Part shown: in pieces, positions 1-10,859 of the stretch | How positions within the stretch are numbered: the stretch's first letter is position 1 | Layout: the number at the start of each line of letters is the position of its first letter | DNA from: an uncultured Trueperaceae bacterium | Lineage (GTDB): Bacteria > Deinococcota > Deinococci > Deinococcales > Trueperaceae | Length of the DNA stretch: 64,000 nucleotides | Assembly (NCBI GenBank): GCA_963799485.1 | Contig: CAWCXJ010000007.1 | Location: 1 to 64,000 of the forward strand | Reading direction: 5' to 3' | Notes under the pieces: model-generated | What the model saw: only the letters and a program-made list of their open reading frames with translations | Told to the model about the DNA's origin: nothing | Database searches by the model: none | Position numbers and translations under genes: made by a program

Positions 1-1505
1 AAAAAAACGATTTCGGCGTTTCCGTACGGTGCAGGCGTCAACGTTGAAGCGGTCAGCGCCGCTGCGACGACCAAAAGCCCGCGCCAGAGCCGCAGTTTAC
101 CGAGTGAGACAAGCGCCAGCGCGAACGCCCCGACGCCGTAATAAGCAAACCCGACCGGCGCGATTTCACCCCAGTCCAAGCTCGGCCAGGTCGCGCTCGT
201 ATTCGCCGCCCAGATAAGGGCCGCCGCCAGCGGCGCAGTGAGGTGGTTTAAGAACGTTGCCAGTGAGAGCGACGTCGTGCCTAAAAGCCCCGCAATAAAC
301 CCGAGCGGAACCAGCACGGTCGCCAGCGGCAAAGCCACGATGTTGACGACCGGGCCGAACACCGGCACAGTGCCGAAGGTGTGCGCCAAGAGCGGCAGCA
401 GGGGTGCCTGCGCCCCGAGACTCACGACCAGCGAACCGAGCAAAAGCGCTTTGGGATGCCACCACGGAAGCTTTGAAGCGTGCAGCAGCCGGAGCGTCGG
501 CCCGGCAAAGACCAGTATCCCGGTAACTGCCAGATACGAGAGCTGAAACGACAGGTCGTAGAGTTGGGAGGGGTTTAGTAAAAGTGCCAGCAGCGCCGCT
601 AGTGAGAGAGCGGGCCAGGGCTCGAGCCTTCCCGTACCCAGCCACAGCGACAAGAGCACGGCGACCGCCATCGTCGTCGCGCGCAAGACGCTCGGCGTTG
701 CCCCTACAAGGGCCGCAAACGCCACCACAAACGCAATCATCAGCGGATAACGCAGCACGCCGAGCGGTTTAAGCAAAAGCCCCAACGCCGCAATCAGCAC
801 GCCGATATGAAGCCCGGAAAGCGCCAGCACATGCGCCAGCCCCGCTGCCGCAAACACGTCCCGCAAATCGCGCAAATTGTCACGAATTCCGAGCGTCATC
901 GCCTCCATCAGGGCGGCCTGGTCAGGTGATAAACCCGCAGCGACGCCGCGCCGCAAACGTTCTTTGAAGGTTACAGCAGCAGGTTCAAACGAAAGTACCT
1001 CGTCCACGTAGACCTGCGCCCCGACCCCGCGCCGCGCCAAAAACCCGGCATAATCGAAGCCGCCCGGATTGCGTTTAGCTGCCGCCGCTACCACGTCGCC
1101 GCGTAGCGTAACGCGGCCCGCGCCGACGATATTTTTGGGCGAAAGCACGACCCTGGCCCCGGCGGGGGACTCGAGCTTCAAATACGTCCCGTCACTCGTT
1201 CCGGAAAGCGTCTGCGTCGTGCCGATAAGGGGCTCGAGCGGTTGTGGACGCGCCTCCCACGCTTCAAACCGTACAAACCCGAGCGGGACACACAAGAGCG
1301 TGAGCAAAAGAAGCCGTAAACCCAGCGTCCAGCCGAGAACCAGAAGCGCTCCGGCGCACGCGGCGCTCGTCCAGAGCGGCAGACCGGCACCTGCAAGGGC
1401 AATCCCCAAAACCAGACAAAACGCCGCCGGAACCGACCAGGCGAGTGAGAGCGCCGGGGAGCTTTCAGCGGTAGTCTCAGCTGACGAACCTAAAACGACG
1501 CTCAT
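1..1505 (-). CDS. comEC: ComEC/Rec2 DNA internalization competence protein (3' end runs off the window)
   Basis: Manual translation from ATG 1505 gives RNPGGFDY and the Competence-domain motif GLAHVLALSGLHIGVL plus many TM segments. It lies directly downstream of comEA. Confidence 0.9.
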   Translation of the reverse strand, partial: MSVVLGSSAETTAESSPALSLAWSVPAAFCLVLGIALAGAGLPLWTSAACAGALLVLGWTLGLRLLLLTLLCVPLGFVRFEAWEARPQPLEPLIGTTQTLSGTSDGTYLKLESPAGARVVLSPKNIVGAGRVTLRGDVVAAAAKRNPGGFDYAGFLARRGVGAQVYVDEVLSFEPAAVTFKERLRRGVAAGLSPDQAALMEAMTLGIRDNLRDLRDVFAAAGLAHVLALSGLHIGVLIAALGLLLKPLGVLRYPLMIAFVVAFAALVGATPSVLRATTMAVAVLLSLWLGTGRLEPWPALSLAALLALLLNPSQLYDLSFQLSYLAVTGILVFAGPTLRLLHASKLPWWHPKALLLGSLVVSLGAQAPLLPLLAHTFGTVPVFGPVVNIVALPLATVLVPLGFIAGLLGTTSLSLATFLNHLTAPLAAALIWAANTSATWPSLDWGEIAPVGFAYYGVGAFALALVSLGKLRLWRGLLVVAAALTASTLTPAPYGNAEIVF

Positions 1506-1512
1506 CGTTCGG

Positions 1513-2016
1513 TCATGGTTTGACGTAAGGGCGAATTTTCTCGAGCGTGGCGGGGCCGATGCCGGAGACGTTGAGCAAGTCTTCGATACTTTCAAAGGGG
1601 CGCGCTTCGACGATGCGCGCAGCCGTTACCGGGCCGACACCGGGAACGAGCAGTTCCAACTCGCGCTCGGTTGCCGTGTTGAGGCTGAGCCGGTCTTCGC
1701 CGGTGGCAGTGCGCGCTTCCGGAACGAGGACGGTTTCGCCGGTCGTAAGCGGGTCGGCGAGGTTCAAAAGCGTTTCTTCGGCGGTATCGGTCAAGCCGCC
1801 TGCTTTGGTTACGGCGTCGGTAACAAGGGAACCCCACGGCAGCGCGTAAACACCCGGAAAAGCGACCGCGCCTGCCACCGACACGGTGATGTCGGGTTGC
1901 ACTACGTTTACCGCTGTCTTTTGCACCGTAAAGCGTGGCCACAGATTCCAACCCAGCAGCCCGGCACAAACCGCGAGCAAAAGAAACGTCACCGCTGTTT
2001 CGGCTCTGGCGTTCAT
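1513..2016 (-). CDS. comEA: ComEA DNA-binding protein (TM, SLBB, helix-hairpin-helix)
   Basis: VSVAGAVAFPGVY SLBB motif, LNTATERELE..PGVGPVTAARIV and SGIGPATLEKI HhH motifs. Confidence 0.92.
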   Translation of the reverse strand: MNARAETAVTFLLLAVCAGLLGWNLWPRFTVQKTAVNVVQPDITVSVAGAVAFPGVYALPWGSLVTDAVTKAGGLTDTAEETLLNLADPLTTGETVLVPEARTATGEDRLSLNTATERELELLVPGVGPVTAARIVEARPFESIEDLLNVSGIGPATLEKIRPYVKP

Positions 2017-2087
2017 GGCCCAAGTCTAAAGTGTGGCAGCAAAAACCGACGCGAAAAATCTCGCGCCGGTCCCGAGAAGTCGCTAAG

Positions 2088-4696
2088 CTAGAGCAGGTTG
2101 CGGATAACTTGCGACCTGGTGATAAGCCCAGCGCCCTGTTCGGCGCTGAGCGCGCCCTTACCGATAAGCCGGTCTACCTGCCGCTCGAAACGTTCTAAAG
2201 CCGCTTCTGCTTGACGTTCCCGGTTGCGCCCCAGGTGGCGCTGCGCTGTTTCTAGTTGAGACAGTAACCTCTGCGCGTCCCCACGTTTGAGGACGCCCGC
2301 CCCCTCGAGCCCGTTCACTTCGGCAACCAGCTCCGATAGCAGTGCTTGCGGGTCGGGCGCGCTCAGTTCCAAACCCACTACCACCGGGTCATGATCCGAC
2401 GCGCGGTAAGGGTCGGGGGCAAAGATCGCGTCCTGCGCGTCGCTCTTAAAGCTGGTGTCGTAATCGAGCAAATCGGGTTCGTCGGCGCTAATGTGCCAGG
2501 CGGTCGTCCCGGTAATCTGCGCGGTCAAAGTCGGGCTCGAGAGCGCGTAGTCCAGATAGCCGAACTGCCCGTCAAAGGCGTAAGTGTAGGCGAACTCGCC
2601 ACCGAAACGCTCGTTTAAGTCGGTGTAACCGCCCGCCTCGAGCGTGCGAATCGGGTCTTCTTCGTCATACGAGTTGAGGTCGCCGATAATGAGCACGTCC
2701 GGGTCGCCGCTGCCGGTCGGGTCAGCAGCCAAAAAGTCGACGAGCGCCGCCGCTGCTTGGGTACGCGTGCCGTTGCAGTTGCCTTGCCCGTCGCCCGCGT
2801 CGGGGTCGTCCACGTCGTCACAGCTCGAGCCCTTCGACTTGAAGTGGTTGACCGCCACGCTCACGCGTCCACCGTTTACGTCGTCAAACGTTTGAACGAG
2901 TGCCGGACGGTTTTTGGTATCGATAAAACGCGAGTCAACCAAGCTGTCGAGGACGGCAAAGTCGCCTACGGGCGTCACCGCTGCCGGTTTGTACAAGAGC
3001 GCTACCTTGATGGCGTCGGTGCCGATAGTGCCGGTTGAAATGAAGCTATAGGTACCTGCGCCGACCTTGGCGTTCAGCGCAGCCACAAGGTTTTGTACCG
3101 CCACGTCACCGTTGTTTTCAATTTCGGTAAGGCCGAACACGTCGGCGTCGATGGCAGCGAGCGCCGCAACGATTTTGGCCTGCTGCCGCGCAAACTCTTC
3201 AGGGTTGTCCGCGCCCCGTGCACTGCTGTCTTCGCTGGTCAGGGTCGTAAAGTAGTTGAGCACGTTAAAGCCGGCGATCTTGAGGCTGCCGCCGACCGCT
3301 TCAGGTGCAGCAGTGCGCGGGTTCACCGACCTGTACTTAGCGCCTTGCGTCGGTTGCACCCGGTAGAGCCCAAAACGGTAGTCGAGCACACCGACGGTAT
3401 CCTGTACGGTGTCGCCGCCCCGGAAGCGGTTTGTAAGGCTAAAGGGTTCACCGTTCGGGTGCCGCGTGACGTCGGGATTTTGGGCGCTCAAGCCGTCGTC
3501 TAAGGTAATGCGGCTGCGCGTGTTCAGGTCGGCGACAGCCTGCGCTTCAGCGCCGGGTTCGGCGTAGCTGGTCGGGGTATAAGGGCGGGGCAAACTATCC
3601 GGGGGGCTTGCCAGGACGATTTCGCCGAAGCGGTCGTAGTTGAAGTATTCGGAGATGACCAGACTTTGCGGGAAACGGACGAGCATTCCCTCAAAGGCCT
3701 CGAGCACTCCCAACTCTGCTACCGGTAGCGTGATAAAGGTTTCAGGCACCGTCACCGGGCCGTCGTCAAGCACTTGGACGCTGCCGGCGCTAATCTGCGT
3801 TTGTTCGCCGAACTCGCTGACGCCGCCCGTCACCCGGACGCGCTGCCCAACCGAAACGCTGTCGTTATTGCCGTTAAAGACAAAAATGCCTTCGGAGGTT
3901 GCGGCGTTGTCGTCCCAGTCGCTTTGTTCTTCCTCGACGTAAAATCCACGCAAGGCCGGAGACGGCCCCTCGAAATCGCCGACGACAACGCCTTCGACGC
4001 TCACCGTCTGACCGGCGCACGGCGTCGTGTCGGTTTCACCCTGCACCACCGAAATCAGCGTCACAGCGGGCGCAGCCTGACATGCACCGGCTGCGCCGCC
4101 GTCTCCGCCGTAGCTACCCAGACCGGCAAAGGTATCGGTAGCAAGACCGTCCCACTCCGCCGCCGGGTCAAAAGCGTCGAGCCATCAGCGTCCCCTTGCA
4201 TGACGCTTTCTTTACGCCGCAGCGTGTTGTTCTGCGTGCTCGTCAGACCCGTCCCCCACTCGCTGCCGGGGTCGAAGCCAATCTGCCCGATAACGTCGAG
4301 AACGGTTGTTCCCTTGCGAAGAACAACGGCGTCGTTGCCGTTAAAAAAACTTGCGCCGTCTCGTCTGGTCGGAACCTGGGCCAAAATTGAGCGTCGGCGC
4401 GGCTGCTAGCGAAGACAAAACGTCTTCGACGCAACGTGCCGTCTTAAATTTATGTTTGTACCCGCTGCTGCATTCCCGTTAGCGAAAAAGTTTGACGGCG
4501 TAGCCGCCTGCGCTCAGATACTAGCTTCGCCGGTACCGTTATAGACTTCCAAAGCCTTGTTGTTGCTGCTTCCCTCAACGTACTCGGAAAAAAACAGTTC
4601 GGTAGGGGCCGCCGCTGCACCCAAACTCGGCGCAGCATCTTGTGAACAAGCACTCAGGAGCAAAAGCCCGCCTGCGGCTAATATCGTTCGTTTCAT
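2088..4696 (-). CDS. ExeM/NucH-family extracellular endonuclease lipoprotein (lamin-tail, OB-fold, EEP, C-terminal FIMAH-like helical domain); frameshifted in the 5' part
   Basis: Fragments 4514-4696 (lipobox [21 protein letters not shown]), 4061-4384 ([13 protein letters not shown]) and 2088-4064 (FNVLNYF, NHFKSKG, GDLNSY, ASDHDP) are collinear. Confidence 0.85.
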
Positions 4697-4755
4697 CGTT
4701 TCTCCCTCCGGTTCTCACTTTATTTACCCTACCACCTCACTTTCAGCCTGTGGTC

Positions 4756-4786
4756 AAAAAAACCGCGCCGGGTGTACACCCGGCGC
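4756..4786 (-). terminator. Rho-independent terminator of sodA
   Basis: GCGCCGGGTG/CACCCGGCGC inverted repeat followed by T7 on the minus strand. Confidence 0.7.
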
Positions 4787-4813
4787 AGCGGTAAAAAGCA
4801 AAAGCTTGGCGGA

Positions 4814-5410
4814 CTACTTAGTCTGACTGTAGAGTTCGCTGACCTTGTCCCAGTTGACGACGTTCCAGAACGCTTCGATGTAGTCGGGGCGCTTGTTCTG
4901 GTACTTGAGGTAGTAAGCGTGTTCCCACACGTCGAGACCCAAAACGGCGTGTTTACCTTCCATCGCGGGGCTGTCCTGATTCGGGGTGCTGGTAACCGAA
5001 AGCGTGCCGCCATCAGACACGAGCCACGCCCAACCGGAACCGAAACGGGTCGCAGCGGCGTCGGAAAACTTTTCCTTAAACGAATCGAACGAGCCGAAAT
5101 CGCGGGTGATGGCCTCAGCCAACTCGCCGCTCGGTTCGCCGCCCCCTTGCGGGCTCAGCCACTCCCAAAAGAGCGTGTGGTTGTAGTAGCCGCCGCCGTT
5201 GTTGCGGACAGCTGCAGGCAGCGCGTCGGCACCTTTGGCGAGGATGTCTTCGATAGAGAGGGTCTCGAGTTCAGTCCCTTCAACCGCGCTGTTGAGTTTG
5301 GATGTGTAGGTACCGTAGTGCTTGTCGTGGTGAATTTCCATGGTTTTCGCGTCGATATGGGGCTCGAGCGCATCGTTCGGGTACGGCAGTGGGTTTACTT
5401 CAAAAGCCAT
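4814..5410 (-). CDS. sodA: Superoxide dismutase, probably Mn-type
   Basis: [26 protein letters not shown] and DVWEHAYY motifs; GAGGAGG RBS before ATG 5410. Confidence 0.95.
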   Translation of the reverse strand: MAFEVNPLPYPNDALEPHIDAKTMEIHHDKHYGTYTSKLNSAVEGTELETLSIEDILAKGADALPAAVRNNGGGYYNHTLFWEWLSPQGGGEPSGELAEAITRDFGSFDSFKEKFSDAAATRFGSGWAWLVSDGGTLSVTSTPNQDSPAMEGKHAVLGLDVWEHAYYLKYQNKRPDYIEAFWNVVNWDKVSELYSQTK

Positions 5411-5556
5411 GATTCCTCCTCTTAGAGACTGGCCCAAAATCTGGGCGGCCCTTAGTGGGTCTAGGGCTACGCTAGCAAAAGGCGAGGCTCTTCACCCTCT
5501 TCAGGGTTACAAAGCCTCTCCACCTTTAGGCTGAGGTTAATACGCTTTGGCTATAT

Positions 5557-7905
5557 TTAAGGGCGCGTATCCCAGAGCTTAAGTAACGCTTCTAACTGCG
5601 CTTTGTCTAAATCTTGCGTATCCAGCCGTGGCGTCATCGTAATATCGATACCGTTAGCAGGCGGCGTAACGTTCGTTTGCTGTCCGTTTTGTAGGTAAGC
5701 GCCGGCGTAATCGACCGCATCGTTGAGATCGCCATCATTGTTGCCGTCTTTGTAGGCAGCGACAAAATAGTCAAGCGCAGCCAAACCTGAAATCATATAG
5801 GGGGCACTGCTCCCGCTCTGACTGATTTCAGCAAATGCCGTACGGTTTGGGTCACAGGTGTTATTGACAAAGTAACAAGCTCCGACAATAGTTCCTGAAA
5901 TGTCCACCGTGGGTTCCGGCGGCGTGTCGCCTGTAACGCTCACACTGAGCGGGATGGTCTTGCTGACGCCGCCGCTGACACCTTGTACCTGAAGCGTGTA
6001 GTCGCCGCTGAGTCCGGCGGCGGCGGTCAGGGTCAGCTGGGTAGTGTCGCCGGTTGCCGACGACGGGGCGAAGCTCGCACTTAAACCGGCCGGTAACCCG
6101 GAGATGCTAAAGGCTACCGGACTCGTCAAACTACCCGAACGTGCGATAAGGACTGTTACGTCGGCGGTAGGTGCGGCTGTGCTGAGAGATACCGCTGCCG
6201 GCGACAGGGAAAGCGAAAAATCGGGTTCGGCGGGGGTTACGAGCGTCGCTAGGGCAGCGGCGGCGTCGATAAGGCCCGCGCCGCAACCGGGCGTACAAGA
6301 AACGTCGGTAAGCGGTACGGCAGTCTCGGCCAGGATGTCGCGCACTTCGGCGGTCGTAAGGGCGGGCCGCACGCTCTTAAGGAGCGCGGCGACGCCGGCG
6401 ACGTGGGGCGAAGCCATCGAGGTGCCTTGAAAGTAAGCGTAGCCACTCTCAGGCGTGATATCAGGAGGTGTAGAGCCAAACCCCACGGTGCTGAGTACCC
6501 CGTCGGGCGCACCGTTACCGTCTAGGTCTCTGCCGCCGCGCAGGTCACCGCCCGGGGCCATGACATCGACCTGCGGCCCATAGTTCGAGTAGTAGGCGCG
6601 TTTGTTTTCAACCGTCGTCGCCCCTACCGAAATCACGTTGCCGCAACTCGCGGGCGTGTAGAAGCTCGAGTCGTCGTTGTCGTTTCCGGCTGCGACGACG
6701 ACCACTGCGCCCGCAGCGTTCGCCGCGTCGAAGGCGTCTTGCAGGGGCGTCACGTCGCTGCACAAAAAGGGGCCACCAAGACTTAGGTTGAGCACGTCGG
6801 CGGGGTTGGGGTTGTCGGGAACACCCGGGACGCTTTCGCCCACGCTCCACAAGATGCCGTCGATGGCGTCGGCCAGGGTACCGGTATCGTTGCCCAAAAC
6901 CCGTACCGGCAAGATGCGCGCGCCCCAGCTCACGCCGGCGACGCCGATACCGTTATTCGTTGCAGCCGCAGCGGTTCCCGCCACGTGCGAACCGTGGAAA
7001 CTGCCCCCCGGGTCGGTCGGGTCGCCGTCGCGCCCGTCGCCGTCGCCGGAATCGGCAGCGCTGCTGACAAAATCGTAACCGGGCACGAGTTTGGGGGCGA
7101 GGTCGGGGTGCGTGGTAGCGACGCCACTGTCGATAATGGCGATCGTGACGTCCGCCGAACCCGTTGTTTGATCCCACGCGGCGGGCAGGTTGATGGCGCG
7201 GTAGTGCCACTGCAAGGTGTACAAGGGATCATTGGGTTCGGCGGTCGCCGTAAGCAGATAGTTCGGCCCGGCGTAGAGCACATCGTCTCTGGCGGAGAGT
7301 TGCGCGACAAGGCTCAGGGTCGCCGCCCTGAGGTCGGCGCTCTGGGCGCGTAAAGACGGCGCGACGCGGTAGAGGCCGACACCTCGCAGGGACAGGTCGC
7401 GGACGTGTTCCAAAGTACCCGTCAGGGCGTCCGTAAACGCTTGTGTGCGCAAACCGGGCTTGAGTTTGACGATAACCTCACCCGGTACAAAAGGTGCGTC
7501 GGTCGTGCCCGCGCCGACGATACTGACCGTACCGGAGATGCTGCCACCCGTACCGCCGCCCACGGCGTAAAGCACCGCTACCTGCGCCGTCTCGCCGGCA
7601 GTAACCGTCGCGGGCGAGCCGCTGACTGTGCCCGTGTAGGTTCCGGTGGTAGCGGAAACCGGGTCGGCAGTGACGGTGTAGCTGCCCGGCGCTAACCCGG
7701 TGAGCGTCTCGGCCTGCGTCAGATTCTGCGTAAAACCGTCCGGCCCGGCGACTGTCAGGGCCGCGGCAGTAGCGCTCGGCAAACCCGCTACCGTGACCTC
7801 GAGCGCCCCTGTCGGGGTCACCACATCACGCCGGCACGCCCCCAACAGGACTGTGAAGAGCGCTGCAAGCAGCGTAAGTGTCAACCAAAGTCGTGTTCGT
7901 TTCAT
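5557..7905 (-). CDS. S8 (subtilisin-like) serine peptidase lipoprotein
   Basis: Lipobox LLGAC and catalytic triad motifs IIDSG, HGSHVAG, GTSMASPHVAG. Confidence 0.93.
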   Translation of the reverse strand: MKRTRLWLTLTLLAALFTVLLGACRRDVVTPTGALEVTVAGLPSATAAALTVAGPDGFTQNLTQAETLTGLAPGSYTVTADPVSATTGTYTGTVSGSPATVTAGETAQVAVLYAVGGGTGGSISGTVSIVGAGTTDAPFVPGEVIVKLKPGLRTQAFTDALTGTLEHVRDLSLRGVGLYRVAPSLRAQSADLRAATLSLVAQLSARDDVLYAGPNYLLTATAEPNDPLYTLQWHYRAINLPAAWDQTTGSADVTIAIIDSGVATTHPDLAPKLVPGYDFVSSAADSGDGDGRDGDPTDPGGSFHGSHVAGTAAAATNNGIGVAGVSWGARILPVRVLGNDTGTLADAIDGILWSVGESVPGVPDNPNPADVLNLSLGGPFLCSDVTPLQDAFDAANAAGAVVVVAAGNDNDDSSFYTPASCGNVISVGATTVENKRAYYSNYGPQVDVMAPGGDLRGGRDLDGNGAPDGVLSTVGFGSTPPDITPESGYAYFQGTSMASPHVAGVAALLKSVRPALTTAEVRDILAETAVPLTDVSCTPGCGAGLIDAAAALATLVTPAEPDFSLSLSPAAVSLSTAAPTADVTVLIARSGSLTSPVAFSISGLPAGLSASFAPSSATGDTTQLTLTAAAGLSGDYTLQVQGVSGGVSKTIPLSVSVTGDTPPEPTVDISGTIVGACYFVNNTCDPNRTAFAEISQSGSSAPYMISGLAALDYFVAAYKDGNNDGDLNDAVDYAGAYLQNGQQTNVTPPANGIDITMTPRLDTQDLDKAQLEALLKLWDTRP

Positions 7906-8459
7906 CTTGCCTCCAGAGTTTCTAGTGCGTCTTTATACTCGCTCAGGTCGGGGTCACTAAAGCAGACGACCGTCACACGCGCCAAGTCGGGGTTTTCGCC
8001 TAAGGCTACCCGAATCTCCCGGAGTGCAAGCTTCGCGGCGCGGGCAATGGGAAAGCCGTAAATCCCGGTGCTGATAGACGGAAACGCCAGCGAACGCAGT
8101 TCGTGTTCGGCGACCAATCTAAAAGCGCTTCGGTAACAGCGCGCCAGCAGCTCGTCTTCATTTGCGTGGCCCCCTTGCCAGACCGGGCCGACGGTGTGGA
8201 TAACGAAGCGGGCGGGCAAGTTGTAACCCTGCGTCAACTTCGCTTCGCCTGTTTTGCACCCGCCCAGGGTTCGGCACGCGGCCTTCAGTTCCGGCCCGGC
8301 GGCGCGGTGGATTGCACCGTCGACGCCGCCGCCCCCCAACAGGCTTGTGTTCGCCGCATTCACGATAGCGTCAGTTTGGCATTTGGTAATGTCGCCGCGG
8401 ATAAGCTCGAGACGCGCCCACGGGTGTTGCCCCCTAGATTGACCCACAGGTTGACCCAT
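7902..8459 (-). CDS. Macro-domain O-acetyl-ADP-ribose deacetylase (YmdB-like)
   Basis: GDIT, AIVNAAN..LLGGGGVDGAIH, VIHTVGP and FPSISTGIYGFP motifs. Confidence 0.93.
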   Translation of the reverse strand: MGQPVGQSRGQHPWARLELIRGDITKCQTDAIVNAANTSLLGGGGVDGAIHRAAGPELKAACRTLGGCKTGEAKLTQGYNLPARFVIHTVGPVWQGGHANEDELLARCYRSAFRLVAEHELRSLAFPSISTGIYGFPIARAAKLALREIRVALGENPDLARVTVVCFSDPDLSEYKDALETLEAR

Positions 8460-8479
8460 AGCGTTATCATAGCCTAGCT

Positions 8480-8962
8480 TTGACGACTTCCCTGCAAACC
8501 CTTTTAGAAACCCTGCCCCGAAGGGGCAGGCTCGCGCTTATCTTGCTGCGCCCCGAACGGCGTGCCCGGCCGGTACGCGTAAACCACGCCCTCGCCTTGC
8601 CGGGACGCGGTTTGGCGGGCGACCACCGCAGTGAGCGTAACTCGAACTCGGCGCGGCAAGTCACGCTCATCCAGGCTGAACATCTGCCGGTCATCGGTGC
8701 GCTTTGTGGCAATGAAGCCGCCCCTGAACAGCTCCGGCGTAACCTCGTGGTATCAGGACTCAACCTGCTCGCGCTTAAAGAGCGGCGCTTTCGCATCGGC
8801 GGCGCGGTGTTTGAAGGTGCGGGTCTGTGCCACCCGTGTTCGCGGATGGAAGAAGCGCTAGGGCCGGGCGGGTACAACGCGGTGCGGGGGCACGGAGGAA
8901 TACTCGCACGCATTTTAGAAGCGGGTGAGATTCGGGTGGGGGCTGAGCTCGAGCCCCTCTAA
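8480..8962 (+). CDS. MOSC domain protein
   Basis: GLAGD, RQVTLI, LRRNLVVSG and CHPCSRM motifs. Confidence 0.88.
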   Translation: MTTSLQTLLETLPRRGRLALILLRPERRARPVRVNHALALPGRGLAGDHRSERNSNSARQVTLIQAEHLPVIGALCGNEAAPEQLRRNLVVSGLNLLALKERRFRIGGAVFEGAGLCHPCSRMEEALGPGGYNAVRGHGGILARILEAGEIRVGAELEPL

Positions 8963-9969
8963 CCCACCTTCACAAGCACCCGACCCTGCGTCTCACCCGC
9001 CAAAATCTCATCAATAACCCTACTCAGCTCGTCCAGTGTCACCTCGCGTGTTACCTTTGTAAGGTCGACTTTCCACTCCCCTGCCAACTTCTGCCAGACC
9101 CGCTGCCGCAGCTCCATCGGACACTGCGCCGAGTCAATCCCGAGCAAACTCACGCCGCGCAAGATAAACGGAAAGACCGTCAGTGACAGCTCCGGCCCCG
9201 CAACGAGCCCGCACGCCGCTGCCGCACCCCGGTAGCTGAGCGATTTTACGACGTTGGTGAGCACCTCACCCCCGACCGTATCGATAGCCCCGGCAAAACG
9301 TGGCTTGAGCAGCGGTTTGGACGACGGTTCGGAAAGCTCCTGACGCGGCACAACCGCCGACGCGCCGAGGTCTTTAAGCCAGCCGTGCGCCGCTTCGGTA
9401 CCGGTACTCGCCACTGCCTCGAAACCGAGGCGGGCTAAAAGCGCGACGGCGACGCTGCCGACCCCGCCCGACGCCCCGGTGACGACGACCGGGCCGCCCG
9501 CTGCCTTTAGGCCGTGGTTTAAGAGCGCGTCTAGCGAGAGCCCCGCCGTAAAACCCGCTGTCCCTAACGCCATCGCCTCACGGAGCGTCAGACCTTCAGG
9601 CAGCGGCACGGCCCAGTCCGCAGGTACGCGGATAAGCTCACCGAAGCCGCCCGGCGTGTTCATCCCGAGGTCGTAAGAGGTAACAATCACCTCGTCGCCG
9701 ACGTTAAAGCGTTCGTCACTGCTCGCCGTAACCGTTCCGGCGGCGTCAATACCGGGCGTGTGCGGATAGCTTTTGGTCACACCGGGGTTGCCGGTTGCTG
9801 AGAGCGCGTCTTTGTAGTTTAGGGACGAATAGCCGATCTGCACGGTCAAAGACCCGTCCGGCAAGGTTTCGGGGGAAAGCCTCTGGACGCTTCGTGAGAA
9901 CGTCTCACCTGATTTCGCTACTCGGAATGCGCGGAAAGTTGCGGCTTGGGTCACCTTGTCACCTCTCAC
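8959..9969 (-). CDS. YhdH/AcuI-family NADPH quinone or acryloyl-CoA oxidoreductase
   Basis: YSSLNYKDAL, PGIDAAG, GTAGFTA, VTGASGGVG and PFILRGVSLLGIDS motifs. Confidence 0.9.
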   Translation of the reverse strand: MRGDKVTQAATFRAFRVAKSGETFSRSVQRLSPETLPDGSLTVQIGYSSLNYKDALSATGNPGVTKSYPHTPGIDAAGTVTASSDERFNVGDEVIVTSYDLGMNTPGGFGELIRVPADWAVPLPEGLTLREAMALGTAGFTAGLSLDALLNHGLKAAGGPVVVTGASGGVGSVAVALLARLGFEAVASTGTEAAHGWLKDLGASAVVPRQELSEPSSKPLLKPRFAGAIDTVGGEVLTNVVKSLSYRGAAAACGLVAGPELSLTVFPFILRGVSLLGIDSAQCPMELRQRVWQKLAGEWKVDLTKVTREVTLDELSRVIDEILAGETQGRVLVKVG

Positions 9970-10120
9970 TCTCGTTCAAGTAAGTAAAGGCTATTTTACG
10001 TAGCGCCGCGGACAGGAAAAGAAAGTTGCGATAAAGTCGCGGTTTGGCTCGAGTCCCCCGGCAAAACCCGGACACGCCGGAGCTAACAGCTTCATTGCTC
10101 GTTACGGGGTAAATTGATGT

Positions 10121-10687
10121 ATGGCAACGAAGGCTTCTAAAAGCAAAAAAGCTAAAACGACCTCCAAAAACGGTAAGCAAGCACAAAAATCGCGCTCCCT
10201 GACGCCGTGGCTTGTAGGTGCCGGTATCGTCCTCGTGATCGCCGTGCCGACCGGCCTCAACTTCTACCGGCAGGCGCAGCTTCCCGGCGAACGCTTTCGC
10301 AGTCTGGGCAACGCGCATATCGGCGAAAATGCGACGCCGCGTTACAACTCGAACCCACCCACCTCGGGGCCACACCTGTCCTACGCAGCAGGTTGGGGCT
10401 CATACACCGAGGTGCAACCCGACCCGCTTTTGGTTCACAACTTGGAGGATGCAGGCGTGATCCTCTGGTATCAGTCCGGTACCCCTGAAGAGAACGCCGC
10501 ACAGGTTGGAAGGTTGGAGAACGCCTACGACGCACGCCGCTACCGCCGCGTGATTATCGCGCCACGAGACAACCTCGAGACGCAGTACGCCATGACCGCG
10601 TGGGGGCGGCTCGAGACCTTTGAAGAGATCGATCCGGCACAGATCAACACCTTTATGAACGCTTTTGAAGGCATCGACCATCACTAG
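10121..10687 (+). CDS. DUF3105-family membrane-anchored protein
   Basis: Single TM, YNSNPPTSGPH, VHNLE, AMTAWG; leaderless TAAATT box. Confidence 0.8.
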   Translation: MATKASKSKKAKTTSKNGKQAQKSRSLTPWLVGAGIVLVIAVPTGLNFYRQAQLPGERFRSLGNAHIGENATPRYNSNPPTSGPHLSYAAGWGSYTEVQPDPLLVHNLEDAGVILWYQSGTPEENAAQVGRLENAYDARRYRRVIIAPRDNLETQYAMTAWGRLETFEEIDPAQINTFMNAFEGIDHH

Positions 10688-10859
10688 GCGGGTGGCCAAG
10701 GGTAAATCAGCCGGCAGCTTTACACGCTAAACCACACAAAACCGCGACACGAAACCGTGATAAAAGGGGCTAGCCACGGCTGCAAACGTCCGCTATGGTG
10801 AGTTTGTCGGGATAGGTAAGTTTGTCGGGACTATCGCCGAGAGCGCGAGGGGGCCGAGG

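Noticed and set aside
1069..2091. 340-aa plus-strand ORF and the many similar antisense or alternate-frame ORFs in the track
   Set aside because: These are shadow ORFs of well-supported genes in GC-rich DNA, with no recognisable motifs.
5475..5530. Structured region upstream of sodA as a yybP-ykoY Mn riboswitch
   Set aside because: There is only a superficial AAAGGTGGAG similarity and the 3' consensus is missing. It fits a terminator of the S8 protease gene better.
7902..8459. Macro domain as a DarG-type antitoxin or defence component
   Set aside because: It is a stand-alone YmdB-like protein with no neighbouring ADP-ribosyltransferase or sirtuin gene.
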